A stretch of DNA of 63,647 nt from an uncultured Muribaculaceae bacterium. Its GTDB lineage: Bacteria; Cyanobacteriota; Vampirovibrionia; Gastranaerophilales; Gastranaerophilaceae. Positions 19,623 to 29,522 of this stretch are shown one piece after another (the stretch's first letter is position 1; every line of letters begins with the position of its first letter). The notes below the pieces were generated by a model. That model was not told where the DNA came from. It saw only the letters and a list, made by a program, of their open reading frames with translations, and did no database searches. The translations under genes were made by a program, and so were the position numbers. The stretch is from NCBI GenBank assembly GCA_964383455.1, contig CAYLHN010000001.1, positions 1 to 63,647 of the forward strand, given 5' to 3'.

Positions 19623-21485
19623 ATGAATTTTAGTGTTCAAAATGTTAGTTTTAAGGCAGCTATTCCTGCAGTTCAATCAACTGCAAAGGTTCAAGCAAAA
19701 AATAATGCTGTAACTTCTCCAATTAAAAAACTAGAAAATGATAAATTTGAAAAATCTGAATTTTCTCCAAGAGAAGCTGCAGAAAGCCTAGGTAATATTA
19801 TTGTTACTAAAAACGGCAGAACAGAACCTAAATTTAACGGTTTTCAATTAAGAACTATTGAATACGAACTTACAAGAGAACCTAAAAAGTGGGATTCTAT
19901 CAATACGTTAGCAAGAAAAAATCATTTACAAGGTTCTGATGTTGTAAGATTATCAAGAACAGAAAATGAAAAATTAGGTGTTGTTACTCAATTCGCAAAT
20001 GCTGTTGATTACAAATCAAGACCAAGATATAACGCATCTGCATTGTTTGAGTTGGCTGAAAGTCAAACCTCCGCTAATACATTGAGAAATGCTTTACCTT
20101 TCGCAAAAACAAGTTTGGTTCCTAAAAATTTCTTGCCGATTGCTCAAACAAAATCTCAAGATTTTATTAACAAAGCTGCGAATACAGTTGCAGAATTTGA
20201 ATCAAGTGTTTTAGAAAATGATGTTGATAAAATTGTATTTTCTCGTGATAAAGCTGACAGAAATGCATATAATGTTATTGCAAAAACAAAGAAAAATAAT
20301 TTAACATCTTTGTTGTTAGATAAAGATTTAAATAAAGATGCTATTGAAAATGTATCTGTTTACAGAACAGAAAAAGGTAAAACTTATCAAATAAAAAAAT
20401 CAAATGATTTTAGAAACAATACAACTTCAAAAGTTAGAATGGAATATGATAAAACTGGTTACCCTGTTGTAACTCACGAAATAAGAGTTGTAAAAGATAA
20501 AAATAATAAAATCTTAAAAACAGAATACACTTCACCTTCTGAAGTACCCGGAATTTTTGATATCAAGGTTAAACATGCAGACGGCAAGGTTGATGTTGTT
20601 TCATCAGGTAAAGTTGATAAAAAACACGGTATAACTTCTATCAAGAAAAACATGGTTTCTGTAGATGGAACAAGAACAGACTACTTATTTGAAAATGATG
20701 AAAACGGTAACAGAATTTCTGATTACAAAATTACAGACAAAAACGGCAAAGTTCTTTTGAAAAAAAGTGCAACTTTCGAAGTTGTAAGTCCTAACAGAAT
20801 TATTTCATCAAATAACGATGATAAATTTGAAATCTTGCTTGATGAAAAGAAAATCAAAGTTACGGATATGAAAAATCCAAAAAGAAATGCCGAAATTGAT
20901 ATTGATAAGAAAATCCAAGGAAACAAAAAGAAAATTTTAGCATCACTAAAAGAAATGCCTGGTGAAGAATTAATTAAACTTTCTCAATCAACTAAAAAGT
21001 TAGTTGGTATAGATAGTCCGTTAGAATCTTATTATCAACCGGGTGACAAATCTATTCATTCAGGTGACCAATTATTTGTTGTTCTTCACGAACTTGGTCA
21101 TGCAAGAGATATGAGAGATTTGGATGTATCTTCAAATGCGGCGTACTACAAAACATTAGGTAAAACCATATTTACTGATACAAAATTAGAAAAAACATTT
21201 GAAGAAGAAAAATCTAACTTTAATAAAGCGTTCCCTGATGCTCAAAGAGATCATATTGATTACTTTGTTAACACATTGAACCATTACGGCGGAGAATACG
21301 GCGGTTTAAGAGAAACAATTGCAGAAGGTAATGCATTATTAACTACTCCAAAAACAATGGAATTGTTGGCTATAAGATCTCAATACCTTCAACAATACTT
21401 CCCAAGAACAATAGCTCATCTATCAACATTGGTAAGTAAAGAAGCTGAAAATCCTACAGCTAATCAAAAAATAGCAAAAGCTTAA
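19623..21485 (+). CDS. Large HExxH protein (gluzincin-like C-terminal domain), paralog A; no signal peptide
   Basis: VVLHELGHARD plus downstream GGLRETIAEGNA. The C-terminal roughly 400 aa align by eye with 23554-25296. Confidence 0.6.
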   Translation: MNFSVQNVSFKAAIPAVQSTAKVQAKNNAVTSPIKKLENDKFEKSEFSPREAAESLGNIIVTKNGRTEPKFNGFQLRTIEYELTREPKKWDSINTLARKNHLQGSDVVRLSRTENEKLGVVTQFANAVDYKSRPRYNASALFELAESQTSANTLRNALPFAKTSLVPKNFLPIAQTKSQDFINKAANTVAEFESSVLENDVDKIVFSRDKADRNAYNVIAKTKKNNLTSLLLDKDLNKDAIENVSVYRTEKGKTYQIKKSNDFRNNTTSKVRMEYDKTGYPVVTHEIRVVKDKNNKILKTEYTSPSEVPGIFDIKVKHADGKVDVVSSGKVDKKHGITSIKKNMVSVDGTRTDYLFENDENGNRISDYKITDKNGKVLLKKSATFEVVSPNRIISSNNDDKFEILLDEKKIKVTDMKNPKRNAEIDIDKKIQGNKKKILASLKEMPGEELIKLSQSTKKLVGIDSPLESYYQPGDKSIHSGDQLFVVLHELGHARDMRDLDVSSNAAYYKTLGKTIFTDTKLEKTFEEEKSNFNKAFPDAQRDHIDYFVNTLNHYGGEYGGLRETIAEGNALLTTPKTMELLAIRSQYLQQYFPRTIAHLSTLVSKEAENPTANQKIAKA

Positions 21486-21514
21486 TATAAAAATATTTTA
21501 AATATTTATAACAA

Positions 21515-21557
21515 AACAAGCAGTCTGTGTGCATATCCTGACGGCTTGTTTTTTTTG
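21515..21557 (+). terminator. Rho-independent terminator
   Basis: Stem aacaagcagtc/gacggcttgtt followed by T7. Confidence 0.75.
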
Positions 21558-21607
21558 TTTTTTTGATTTAGGATTATATCGTTAAAAGATAAAAGAAGGG
21601 GAAAAGT

Positions 21608-22297
21608 ATGAAAAAACAAATTATTTCTGTATTATGTATTTCTACAATCTTATTGTCAACTTCAGCAAATGCTGCAACTTTTACAAAAAATGTCAAAGGT
21701 TTTAACTTTGATATAACTACTCCGTCACTTTCAAATTCTAAAAAAGTTTCAGAACAAGCTGCAAAAAGATCTGTAAACAAGGCAGCTATGAAATCTCAAA
21801 TAGATGCTATTAATAGCAAAGTTAATTCAATATCTTCAACATACCAATCATCAGTTAACAATTTAGCTAATAACTTGTTACCTGCAGAACAATTGAAAAA
21901 ATTAAATGAAGAAAAAGCAAAAATTAAATCAAATGCAAAATCAGGTGTTAATGTTAATATAGAAATAGCTGAAGATGGTACAGTAAAACTAAATAAGTAT
22001 TTAAAATCTTCTGATTCAACAAATACATTAAAAAAATTAACAACTGCTCAAAAAGCTGCTATTAAAAAAGATTTAAATAATTTAAAAAATGTAAACAGTT
22101 CATATGCGCAGGTTGTTGAACAATCAAAAAAATTAGCATCACAAATAAAAGCTGATCCTGTAGCTGCATTAGAATTGAAATCAGATTTAACCGCAATGGT
22201 AAAAAATCAAACAAAGGCTGCAAAACAAGCTAAAAATATATCAAAATTAACTTCAAATCTTGTATCCAAAGCTGCAAAAGCAGGATTATCACTTTAA
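21608..22297 (+). CDS. Secreted K/S/N/A-rich (coiled-coil-like) protein
   Basis: Signal peptide MKKQIISVLCISTILLSTSANA followed by a low-complexity helical body. Confidence 0.5.
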   Translation: MKKQIISVLCISTILLSTSANAATFTKNVKGFNFDITTPSLSNSKKVSEQAAKRSVNKAAMKSQIDAINSKVNSISSTYQSSVNNLANNLLPAEQLKKLNEEKAKIKSNAKSGVNVNIEIAEDGTVKLNKYLKSSDSTNTLKKLTTAQKAAIKKDLNNLKNVNSSYAQVVEQSKKLASQIKADPVAALELKSDLTAMVKNQTKAAKQAKNISKLTSNLVSKAAKAGLSL

Positions 22298-22305
22298 TAT
22301 TTAGT

Positions 22306-22343
22306 AAAAATGCGGATTTTGCGCAGCAAAATCCGCATTTTTT
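22306..22343. terminator. Bidirectional terminator aaaaatgcggatttt...aaaatccgcattttt
   Basis: Perfect stem between convergent genes. Confidence 0.85.
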
Positions 22344-23014
22344 TATTCTTTTACTAAGCCTATTTCAGGTTCTATATTTTTTTCAAAAGTTATTGTAATT
22401 GGTGTTCCGGCATCAATTGTGGAATGCATTTTATTTATTTTTAACATAATACATATTCCCAATTGTGTTGTTGTATCCGGTTTCATTTTTGCCAAGTGTT
22501 TTGAAAAACTGACGTCTTTAATTACCGTTCCAAGTTTGAATGTTCCTGTTACTTTTGCATTTTTCCCGAGAATTCTTTCAGCGTCAATCAGTTTTAGCGG
22601 AGCAATTTTTGGAACTTTTGATAGAATTATAAAGTTTGTTGTATCTTCAAAAATAATTTCGTTAATAATAAATTTTACTCTTATTGCCATAGGAGGTTTA
22701 GATTCTTTTTGAACTATTGTTGCAGAGAATTTTGTTCCTGCTTCAATCTTTGCCCCGCTTTCAAGGTTAACTGTGCTTGGCAGAATAAAAAGAATTTTTT
22801 CTCCGACTTTTGTTTTGCTAAAATTTATATCATTTGCAACTTTTAAAGTTAATTGATTTTGTGTTTGCGGTGTATTGTTATCAATTAATTCTACTTTATA
22901 CGGCTGTGATGTTATTTCGTTTTCATTAATGTGTTCAACTTTTTCAGTCGCTGTATCATAAGCTGATGTAAAAAATGATAAAAATAATAATAATAAAATT
23001 GTACCTTTTTTCAT
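22343..23014 (-). CDS. Secreted beta-rich hypothetical protein
   Basis: I chose the start at MKKGTILLLLFLSFFTSAYD (23014); the ORF track begins at 23050. Confidence 0.5.
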   Translation of the reverse strand: MKKGTILLLLFLSFFTSAYDTATEKVEHINENEITSQPYKVELIDNNTPQTQNQLTLKVANDINFSKTKVGEKILFILPSTVNLESGAKIEAGTKFSATIVQKESKPPMAIRVKFIINEIIFEDTTNFIILSKVPKIAPLKLIDAERILGKNAKVTGTFKLGTVIKDVSFSKHLAKMKPDTTTQLGICIMLKINKMHSTIDAGTPITITFEKNIEPEIGLVKE

Positions 23015-23083
23015 AGTCATATATTCTAATATAAAATCAGCTAAAAACAAATGTTTGTAATATAATCAATGCAGTGAGGTTTT

Positions 23084-23512
23084 ATGAATTTTATTAAAAA
23101 TTTAGCGTTAAAGCTTGTAATTTCTATATTTAATACAGCATTAACAGTTTTCATTGTTTATTGGAATTTTGTAACAGTAGTTAATGCTCTTAAAACTCCG
23201 AATGCTGATTGGCATCAGGTTCTTGTATATTTAGTTTGTTCAGCGGTGGTTTTAATAATAATTTGGTTTATGGCAATATTGAGATTTATAAGAAATTTGG
23301 CCATTTTGATAATAATATTGCTATTGGCAATATGGCTGTATTTGCCAAAATTACTTCCAAATATAAATGATAGTATATGTGTTACAATCGGTTCTTGTAA
23401 AGAAGGTACAGAGGTAAAAACTGTTTCCGGAAAAATTTTAATTAACGAAAAAACTTGTAACGAAAACGGTTGGAAATGGGACAAAATCGATAAATCATGC
23501 AAAACACACTAA
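23084..23512 (+). CDS. Membrane protein with Cys-containing C-terminal domain
   Basis: Three or four hydrophobic helices, then CVTIGSCKEG...KTCNENGWKWDKIDKSCKTH. Confidence 0.5.
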   Translation: MNFIKNLALKLVISIFNTALTVFIVYWNFVTVVNALKTPNADWHQVLVYLVCSAVVLIIIWFMAILRFIRNLAILIIILLLAIWLYLPKLLPNINDSICVTIGSCKEGTEVKTVSGKILINEKTCNENGWKWDKIDKSCKTH

Positions 23513-23520
23513 TAAACTAT

Positions 23521-23547
23521 AAAAGCGCTTTTAAATAAGCGCTTTTA
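23521..23547. terminator. Bidirectional terminator aaaagcgctt/aagcgctttt
   Basis: 10-bp stem between convergent genes. Confidence 0.7.
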
Positions 23548-23553
23548 TTATAT

Positions 23554-25296
23554 TTATCTTTTTGGAATTTTTATTTCAGGGAGTTCTATTTTTGGTACCG
23601 TAAGTAGAGGCCTTGGTGTTGATTTTGGATGTTCTCTATCTTCTTGCAGTAATGTGTTTAAATGAGCAATAGTTCTTGGGAAATATTGTTGTAAATATTG
23701 AGTGCGAAGTCCCAAAAGTTCGTGAGAACGCGGAGTTTCAAGAATAGCATTGCTTTCTGCAACTGTTTCTTTCATACCGCCGAAGTAGCCGCCATAATGG
23801 GTTACTGTATTTATAAAATAGTCTATATGTTCTCTTTGTGCATCAGGAAATGCTTCTGTAAAGGAAGCTTTTTCTTCGTTATAAATTCTTTGAAAATCCT
23901 TATCTTGCGATATCATTTTATCAAAAGTACTCATATCATCAAAATTTAGAACTTGAGAATCTTTTGCGTGGCCTTCTTCATGAAGAACAACGAAAGCATT
24001 ATCTCCTGAGTGGATTTCTCTATCTTTTGGTGAGTAGTATGATTTTATAACAGTATCGATTCCGACTAATTTATCAGTCGTTTTGCTTATAGCAATCAGT
24101 TGGTCACCAGGAATTTGTTTTAGAGCAGATACAAGCTTTTCTCTGTCGCCTTCGATTTCGCATGTATCTATGTAAGTTACATTTTCAGGGTTATTATCAT
24201 CAACAACCGTTAACATATCATCTTCAAGTGTCATTGTGTAACTTTTGTCATTGAAGGTTGATTTAAATGTATTTTCGTCAACTACCGTAAATGTTTTTGT
24301 ATTGTTCATTAAGACTTCACCTTCAGCAGTTGTAATTTTATAGCGCATATAGCGGTTGCCTTGAGGGTCATCTCTGTATGAATATTGGGTTTTTGTACCA
24401 TCAGGTGATTCCATTTCCCTTCTTACGGTTACTCTGCCCTTAGATACTTCTGTTTTACTTATGTCTTTTTTACCTGTTTCGTCTAAATACTCAACATCAT
24501 AAAGTCCGCCTATTGAAGAAGGTTTTATAAGTTCTCTTGAAACCATGCTTCCGTCAGGTTTTATTTTTGAACGAATTTCATATGATGGGCTGTAGAATCC
24601 TGTTGTTGAACTTCTGTCATATCTTGTTTTTGACAAAACATTATTTTTTAAGTCATGTGCTTCTTGTATTCTATATGTTTTCCCATCTTCGGTTGTGTGT
24701 TCACTAACTTTTTCTATTGAACGAACATTTAAATCTTTATCTAAAACAGTTGTTCTTTTTGTTAAATCATAGTCCAGTGATACTAAATTGTATTCAGTTA
24801 AAGGATTATATTTGTCAAGTCCCATAACCATTCCGAAAACATTTTCTTTACCTCCTGCAGCATCTTGCAGTTGTTCAGCTTGCGTTTTAATTTTATCTAC
24901 TTGTTCAGGGTTAAACATTTTAACAATTTGTACAATACTGCCTGCTGTTATTTTAGTATCCATTAATTTGCAAGCTTGTTCCCATTGAGCATCATCCAGT
25001 GTAAGTAGTGCTTCTTGGTCTTCTTTTTTAGGATACATTTCTTTTATATCGTCAGGAAGTTCTTCAACAGATGCATAACTTGGTTTTGTTGTAGAACTTG
25101 TTGTTTCTGTTTTAGGGCGTAAAAAAGTTTCTTCAAAAAGTGAATTGTTCTCATCGGCACTTAAATCAGTATTTACTGCTAATTGCTCAGAACCAAAAAT
25201 TTCTACATTTGTTTCCTTTTCTGATGCCTGCATTTCATTTGTTTGCGGTTGTTTTTTGTTTTGTGCAGATATTCTTCCAACTTCATTCATTGACAT
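23554..25296 (-). CDS. Large HExxH protein (gluzincin-like C-terminal domain), paralog B; no signal peptide
   Basis: VVLHEEGHAKD, GGMKETVAESNA and FPDAQREHIDYFINTVTHYGG...YLQQYFPRTIAHLNTL are nearly identical to paralog A. Confidence 0.6.
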   Translation of the reverse strand: MSMNEVGRISAQNKKQPQTNEMQASEKETNVEIFGSEQLAVNTDLSADENNSLFEETFLRPKTETTSSTTKPSYASVEELPDDIKEMYPKKEDQEALLTLDDAQWEQACKLMDTKITAGSIVQIVKMFNPEQVDKIKTQAEQLQDAAGGKENVFGMVMGLDKYNPLTEYNLVSLDYDLTKRTTVLDKDLNVRSIEKVSEHTTEDGKTYRIQEAHDLKNNVLSKTRYDRSSTTGFYSPSYEIRSKIKPDGSMVSRELIKPSSIGGLYDVEYLDETGKKDISKTEVSKGRVTVRREMESPDGTKTQYSYRDDPQGNRYMRYKITTAEGEVLMNNTKTFTVVDENTFKSTFNDKSYTMTLEDDMLTVVDDNNPENVTYIDTCEIEGDREKLVSALKQIPGDQLIAISKTTDKLVGIDTVIKSYYSPKDREIHSGDNAFVVLHEEGHAKDSQVLNFDDMSTFDKMISQDKDFQRIYNEEKASFTEAFPDAQREHIDYFINTVTHYGGYFGGMKETVAESNAILETPRSHELLGLRTQYLQQYFPRTIAHLNTLLQEDREHPKSTPRPLLTVPKIELPEIKIPKR

Positions 25297-25426
25297 TCAT
25301 TATTATCCTTATTGTTAATACAATTTATTTAAATATGGTAAAATAAAAAATTGCTATTTGATAGTTTTTTATTTACATTTTTAAATATTTGTTTTACATT
25401 TAATCTTTATATGTTTAAATTTTCGT

Positions 25427-25783
25427 ATGAAAGATATTATAAAATCAATAAAAAATATTTTACCGATAAAGAAAGAACCGAATATAAAAGACTTATTTAA
25501 CAATATGAGTTCTATGCTGGAGCAGGCAGAAAATGATTTTGGCGGAAATGTTTTTCCAAAAGAAAAATTACTATCTTCTGAACAGGTGCATTATAAAATT
25601 TTAAAATTAAAAGCAGGGGCTGATTTTGAAAAAATAAAAACAAATTATCAAAAATTAAAACAAAAATACAATCCCGAATTATACAAAAATGATGAAATTA
25701 AGTATCAGAAAGCTCTTGAAGCAAATACAAAAATAGATATTGCATATAATTATTTTAAAAATAAATTTCAATTAAATAATTAG
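25427..25783 (+). CDS. J-domain-like protein lacking the HPD tripeptide
   Basis: HYKILKLKAGADFEKIKTNYQKLKQKYNPELYKND aligns with the DnaJ J-domain, but NPE replaces HPD. Confidence 0.45.
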   Translation: MKDIIKSIKNILPIKKEPNIKDLFNNMSSMLEQAENDFGGNVFPKEKLLSSEQVHYKILKLKAGADFEKIKTNYQKLKQKYNPELYKNDEIKYQKALEANTKIDIAYNYFKNKFQLNN

Positions 25784-25786
25784 TTA

Positions 25787-27112
25787 TTATTCAAAAATTA
25801 TTTTCATATAAAAATCAGCAGGTTGATTTTTGTAGATTGGTTTACTTTTCCATAAACTTATTGTCATATTTGCCGGTAATTGTTTTATTTCAAAAGATAG
25901 TGAAGGTTGGTAAGGGGAAGAATTGTTGCAGCCGCCTTCAACTTGGCAGGCATTACCTAAATGTATGTGGTCATACAATTTTTGAGGTTTTTCGTTTACC
26001 ATTTTTTTGCCTAAAATTTCAGGTAAAAACATTAAATTATTAGAATTTGATACATAAATCCAGTTATAACCAAAGTCTCTTGCATTAAGACCTACAAGTA
26101 AAAGTTTTATAAAATATGCTCCGTTTATTTTTTCTAAAATATTTTTGGACGGATTATATTTAACGATGATTAATTTATTTGATTTGTCATAGTATATGGA
26201 TTTAGGAATAAATAAAAGTGATTTGTCATTACAAATTTTTTGATTAGCTGAATTTTTTATATAACTTTTATTTAACTGAATCCCAACAAGTACGTTTGGA
26301 TTATTAATAAATCGGCTTTCTTCGGAATCTCCTTCTTTTCTTTTTGAAGTCGGAATGTCATTATCCGTACAAGTAATATAATCAATTCCCCACCAAGGTT
26401 TTTTGTCTTCTATTTTTCCAAAAACATCTTCATTTGGTTTATATTTATCATTTGCAAATATAGATTTTTTTACAAAATCAGTTCTTAACGACAAAATCTC
26501 ATCTTTTGTTTTTCCTGTGAATGATGTCAGCGGATTTACTGATAATTCTTCAAAATTTTTGTCCGGAACAAGTTTGCTTATTTTTACATTTTTATATACA
26601 GAAAGTTTTACAAGTCCAAAATCAATGATGGTCATTATTATTACAAAAATTGTAATCGGATTTTTGAAAAAGTTAAAAGTTTTATTTTTAAAATTTATTG
26701 CATATTCTTTTTTATCAGAATCCTTTGGCGGTAGAACAGATACAATTAAAGGTATTATTAATACATAAATTAAAAAGATATAAACATTAAAGAAAATCAA
26801 AGTTAAAACTATTTCCATACCAAAAGTAAATATCAACGCCAATATAATTGAAACAGTAAGATTTCCCGTGATATTTAAAAGTCTTCTTTTGTAGTTAAAC
26901 GCAAGTGTTATTACTAAAAATAAAGATAACCCTAATAATAAGTATGTAAAAAATTGTACTGCAGGTATCTGATTATATTTATTGAATGTAATATATAATC
27001 CGATATAACTGACAATTGCACCTAACAATCTTAATATAATATAGTTCAGTAAAAAAGAAGGCCCTCTTAGTTCTCCTTTTGGTGTGAAAAAATCTATAAA
27101 TCCTTTTAGCAT
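25787..27112 (-). CDS. Polytopic membrane protein with about 250-aa C-terminal soluble domain, unknown function
   Basis: At least four N-terminal TM helices. The C-terminal domain has no recognisable motif. Confidence 0.55.
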   Translation of the reverse strand: MLKGFIDFFTPKGELRGPSFLLNYIILRLLGAIVSYIGLYITFNKYNQIPAVQFFTYLLLGLSLFLVITLAFNYKRRLLNITGNLTVSIILALIFTFGMEIVLTLIFFNVYIFLIYVLIIPLIVSVLPPKDSDKKEYAINFKNKTFNFFKNPITIFVIIMTIIDFGLVKLSVYKNVKISKLVPDKNFEELSVNPLTSFTGKTKDEILSLRTDFVKKSIFANDKYKPNEDVFGKIEDKKPWWGIDYITCTDNDIPTSKRKEGDSEESRFINNPNVLVGIQLNKSYIKNSANQKICNDKSLLFIPKSIYYDKSNKLIIVKYNPSKNILEKINGAYFIKLLLVGLNARDFGYNWIYVSNSNNLMFLPEILGKKMVNEKPQKLYDHIHLGNACQVEGGCNNSSPYQPSLSFEIKQLPANMTISLWKSKPIYKNQPADFYMKIIFE

Positions 27113-27210
27113 AAAGTCTCCTTACAAAAGTTATTTTATTACAAAAATGTGCTAAAGAAATAAGATAATCAGAGAATTGTAAAAATATGTTTTTTTTATA
27201 ATATTTGTTA

Positions 27211-27240
27211 TTGTAATTTTTTTGTTTATGCTAATATAAT
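27211..27240 (+). promoter_or_regulatory. Putative sigma-70-type promoter of rpsF-ssb-rpsR
   Basis: TTGTAA (27211-27216), an 18-nt spacer and TATAAT (27235-27240). A short gttata/tataac hairpin lies in the leader. Confidence 0.35.
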
Positions 27241-27275
27241 GTTATAAATAAAAGGTTGTATAACAAGGAGACAAA

Positions 27276-27575
27276 ATGAAAAAATACGAATTATTGACAA
27301 TTTTAAAACCAAATTTAGATTCAGATGAAGCAGATAAAGTTATTGAAAAACTTGATGCTGACTTAGCTGAATTAGGCGGAAAAGTTGAATCAAGAGATAA
27401 AATGGGCAGAAGAAAACTTGCTTATGATATTCAAAAATCAAGAGATGGTTTCTTCGTAAATACAGTTTTATCTTTACCTGCCGAAAAAGTTGCAGACTAT
27501 AAACGTGTATTAAAGTTAAACGAAAATGTTTTAAGAACAATGTTCTTAGATGTAACTGAAAAAGCTTCTGTATAA
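27276..27575 (+). CDS. rpsF: 30S ribosomal protein S6
   Basis: MKKYELLTILKPNL...GRRKLAY, and the canonical rpsF-ssb-rpsR gene order. Confidence 0.95.
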   Translation: MKKYELLTILKPNLDSDEADKVIEKLDADLAELGGKVESRDKMGRRKLAYDIQKSRDGFFVNTVLSLPAEKVADYKRVLKLNENVLRTMFLDVTEKASV

Positions 27576-27585
27576 GGAAAATAAA

Positions 27586-27978
27586 ATGACAGTTGCAAAA
27601 GCGGTAGTTACCGGTACAGTATATAGAAATCCTGAAAAACGTTTTACTTCCAATAACGTTCCTATTTCTGCATTTGTTTTGAATATTGGCGAAAAAGAAG
27701 AACTTCTTATAAGAGTTCTGGCTAAAAGAAATTCACTTGATGAAGTTGTATCTTCTTTAACAAAGGGAAATAGGGTGCTTGTTGAAGGCAGACTTCAAAC
27801 AAATAATGTTAAGTCTGAAAACGGTACAGAAAGAAAAATCTATGAAATAGATGCAAATGCTGTTGAATTAATGGGTGCTAACTCAGGCAGTGCATCAGAT
27901 TTTTCAGAAGATATTGTTAAATTCTCAGATACTGAACTTGCTGATGAACTTATAGGCGAAGACGAAATACCGTTTTAA
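27586..27978 (+). CDS. ssb: Single-stranded DNA-binding protein
   Basis: OB-fold N-terminus and an acidic tail ending GEDEIPF. Confidence 0.9.
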   Translation: MTVAKAVVTGTVYRNPEKRFTSNNVPISAFVLNIGEKEELLIRVLAKRNSLDEVVSSLTKGNRVLVEGRLQTNNVKSENGTERKIYEIDANAVELMGANSGSASDFSEDIVKFSDTELADELIGEDEIPF

Positions 27979-28021
27979 AAATTTTATGATAAGTTAAATT
28001 TGCGTAAGAAAGGAAAATTAA

Positions 28022-28255
28022 ATGGCAAAACAAGACTTAAATGATAAGAAAAAACGTAAAACTTGCAGTTTTTGTGCAGATCATGTCGAATCTATTGATT
28101 ACAAAGACGCTGCAAAATTAAAAAGATACTTAACTGAAGCAGGTAAAATTATTCCTCGCAGAGTTACAGGTAATTGCGCAGAACACCAAAGAATGGTTGC
28201 AAAAGCTGTAAAAAGAGCCAGAGAAGCTGCAATTATTAATTACGTTTTTGATTAA
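28022..28255 (+). CDS. rpsR: 30S ribosomal protein S18
   Basis: CSFCADHVESIDYKD...LKRYLTEAGKIIPRRVTG. Confidence 0.95.
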   Translation: MAKQDLNDKKKRKTCSFCADHVESIDYKDAAKLKRYLTEAGKIIPRRVTGNCAEHQRMVAKAVKRAREAAIINYVFD

Positions 28256-28275
28256 TTATAAAGAAGTTTGTAATT

Positions 28276-28461
28276 ATGGAAAAAATAACAATAAGATCTG
28301 ATAGAAATACAGATTACACCTTTACTTACAAGGGTGAAGATGTTGTCTTAGGCGCAGGAAAAATTATCAGTATTGCCGATGGCTTGACTGATGTTGTTTT
28401 ACCAACTTGCGCAATGAAAATTAGTAATAATTTAATTATCATAAAAGAGGATGTAAAATAA
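28276..28461 (+). CDS. Small hypothetical protein (61 aa)
   Basis: The ORF directly follows rpsR and a terminator overlaps its stop codon. Confidence 0.4.
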   Translation: MEKITIRSDRNTDYTFTYKGEDVVLGAGKIISIADGLTDVVLPTCAMKISNNLIIIKEDVK

Positions 28462-28470
28462 TCCTCTTTT
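28444..28470 (+). terminator. Rho-independent terminator aaagaggat/atcctcttt plus T
   Basis: 9-bp stem with an 8-nt loop and a T-run. Confidence 0.6.
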
Positions 28471-28497
28471 GTGATTTAAAATTTGGGATAAGAAAGT

Positions 28498-29499
28498 ATG
28501 AGTAAACAAAAGATTGCCGTAATAGGCTGTGGGCTTTGGGGCAGAAATATTGTAAGAAATTTTTATAATCTTGAATCACTTCATACTGTTTGTGATTTAG
28601 ATAAGGAAAACTTACAAAAAGTTAAAGAACAATACAACGGAGTTAATACTACGTCTGATTTTAACGAAGTATTAAACAATACTGAAATCACAGCTGTTGC
28701 AGTTGTAACCCCAAGTCATACGCACTTCAAAATTGTTAAGCAAGTGTTAGAATCCGGAAAACATGTATATGTTGAAAAACCAATTTCTACATCGGCAAAA
28801 GAAGCAGAAGATTTAAAGAAAATTGCCGAAGATAAAAATCTCGTATTAATGGTTGGTCACTTATTATTATACCATCCTGCAGTGAACAGATTAAAAATGC
28901 TTGTTGATGAAGGTGTGTTGGGCGATATTGTTTATGCTCAAAGTGACAGATTAAATGTAAATTATTTTAAAAACGACAGAAGCGTTATGTGGGATTTAGC
29001 GCCTCACGATGTTTCAATGATGGCTTATGTTTTAGGAAAAGAACCAAAACAGGTGATTTCTGCAGTAGGTTGTTCTTCCGAACGTAATGAAATTATGGAT
29101 ATAACTCATCTTTCAATAGAATTTGAAGGCGGGGCGATTGGTCAAATTACTGACAGTTGGATAACACCAATGAAACATGTAAGATTATTGGTAAGAGGAA
29201 CAAGAGCCACAGCTATATTAGACGATACATTACAGGAAAATAAATTACAAGTTTTTGATAATCGAAAAGACGGCCCTATTACCGATATTCATATAGATTA
29301 TCTTGAAATTGAACCTTTGAAGTTAGAATGTCAGCATTTTATAACTTGTTGTGAAAAAGGTACTCACGCAAGATCAGATGGAGAAAATGGCTTTAGTGTT
29401 GTTCGAATACTCGAAGAAGCTGAAAAAATTATGCTAGGCGAAAATAAATTAAAAAGTTTGGATCAGCGTAATTTTTCATTATCAAGAACTAAACAATAA
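28498..29499 (+). CDS. Gfo/Idh/MocA family oxidoreductase
   Basis: Rossmann N-terminus KIAVIGCGLWGRN plus YVEKP. Confidence 0.85.
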   Translation: MSKQKIAVIGCGLWGRNIVRNFYNLESLHTVCDLDKENLQKVKEQYNGVNTTSDFNEVLNNTEITAVAVVTPSHTHFKIVKQVLESGKHVYVEKPISTSAKEAEDLKKIAEDKNLVLMVGHLLLYHPAVNRLKMLVDEGVLGDIVYAQSDRLNVNYFKNDRSVMWDLAPHDVSMMAYVLGKEPKQVISAVGCSSERNEIMDITHLSIEFEGGAIGQITDSWITPMKHVRLLVRGTRATAILDDTLQENKLQVFDNRKDGPITDIHIDYLEIEPLKLECQHFITCCEKGTHARSDGENGFSVVRILEEAEKIMLGENKLKSLDQRNFSLSRTKQ

Positions 29500-29522
29500 G
29501 TATATCAGTTTTGGAGAAAAAG

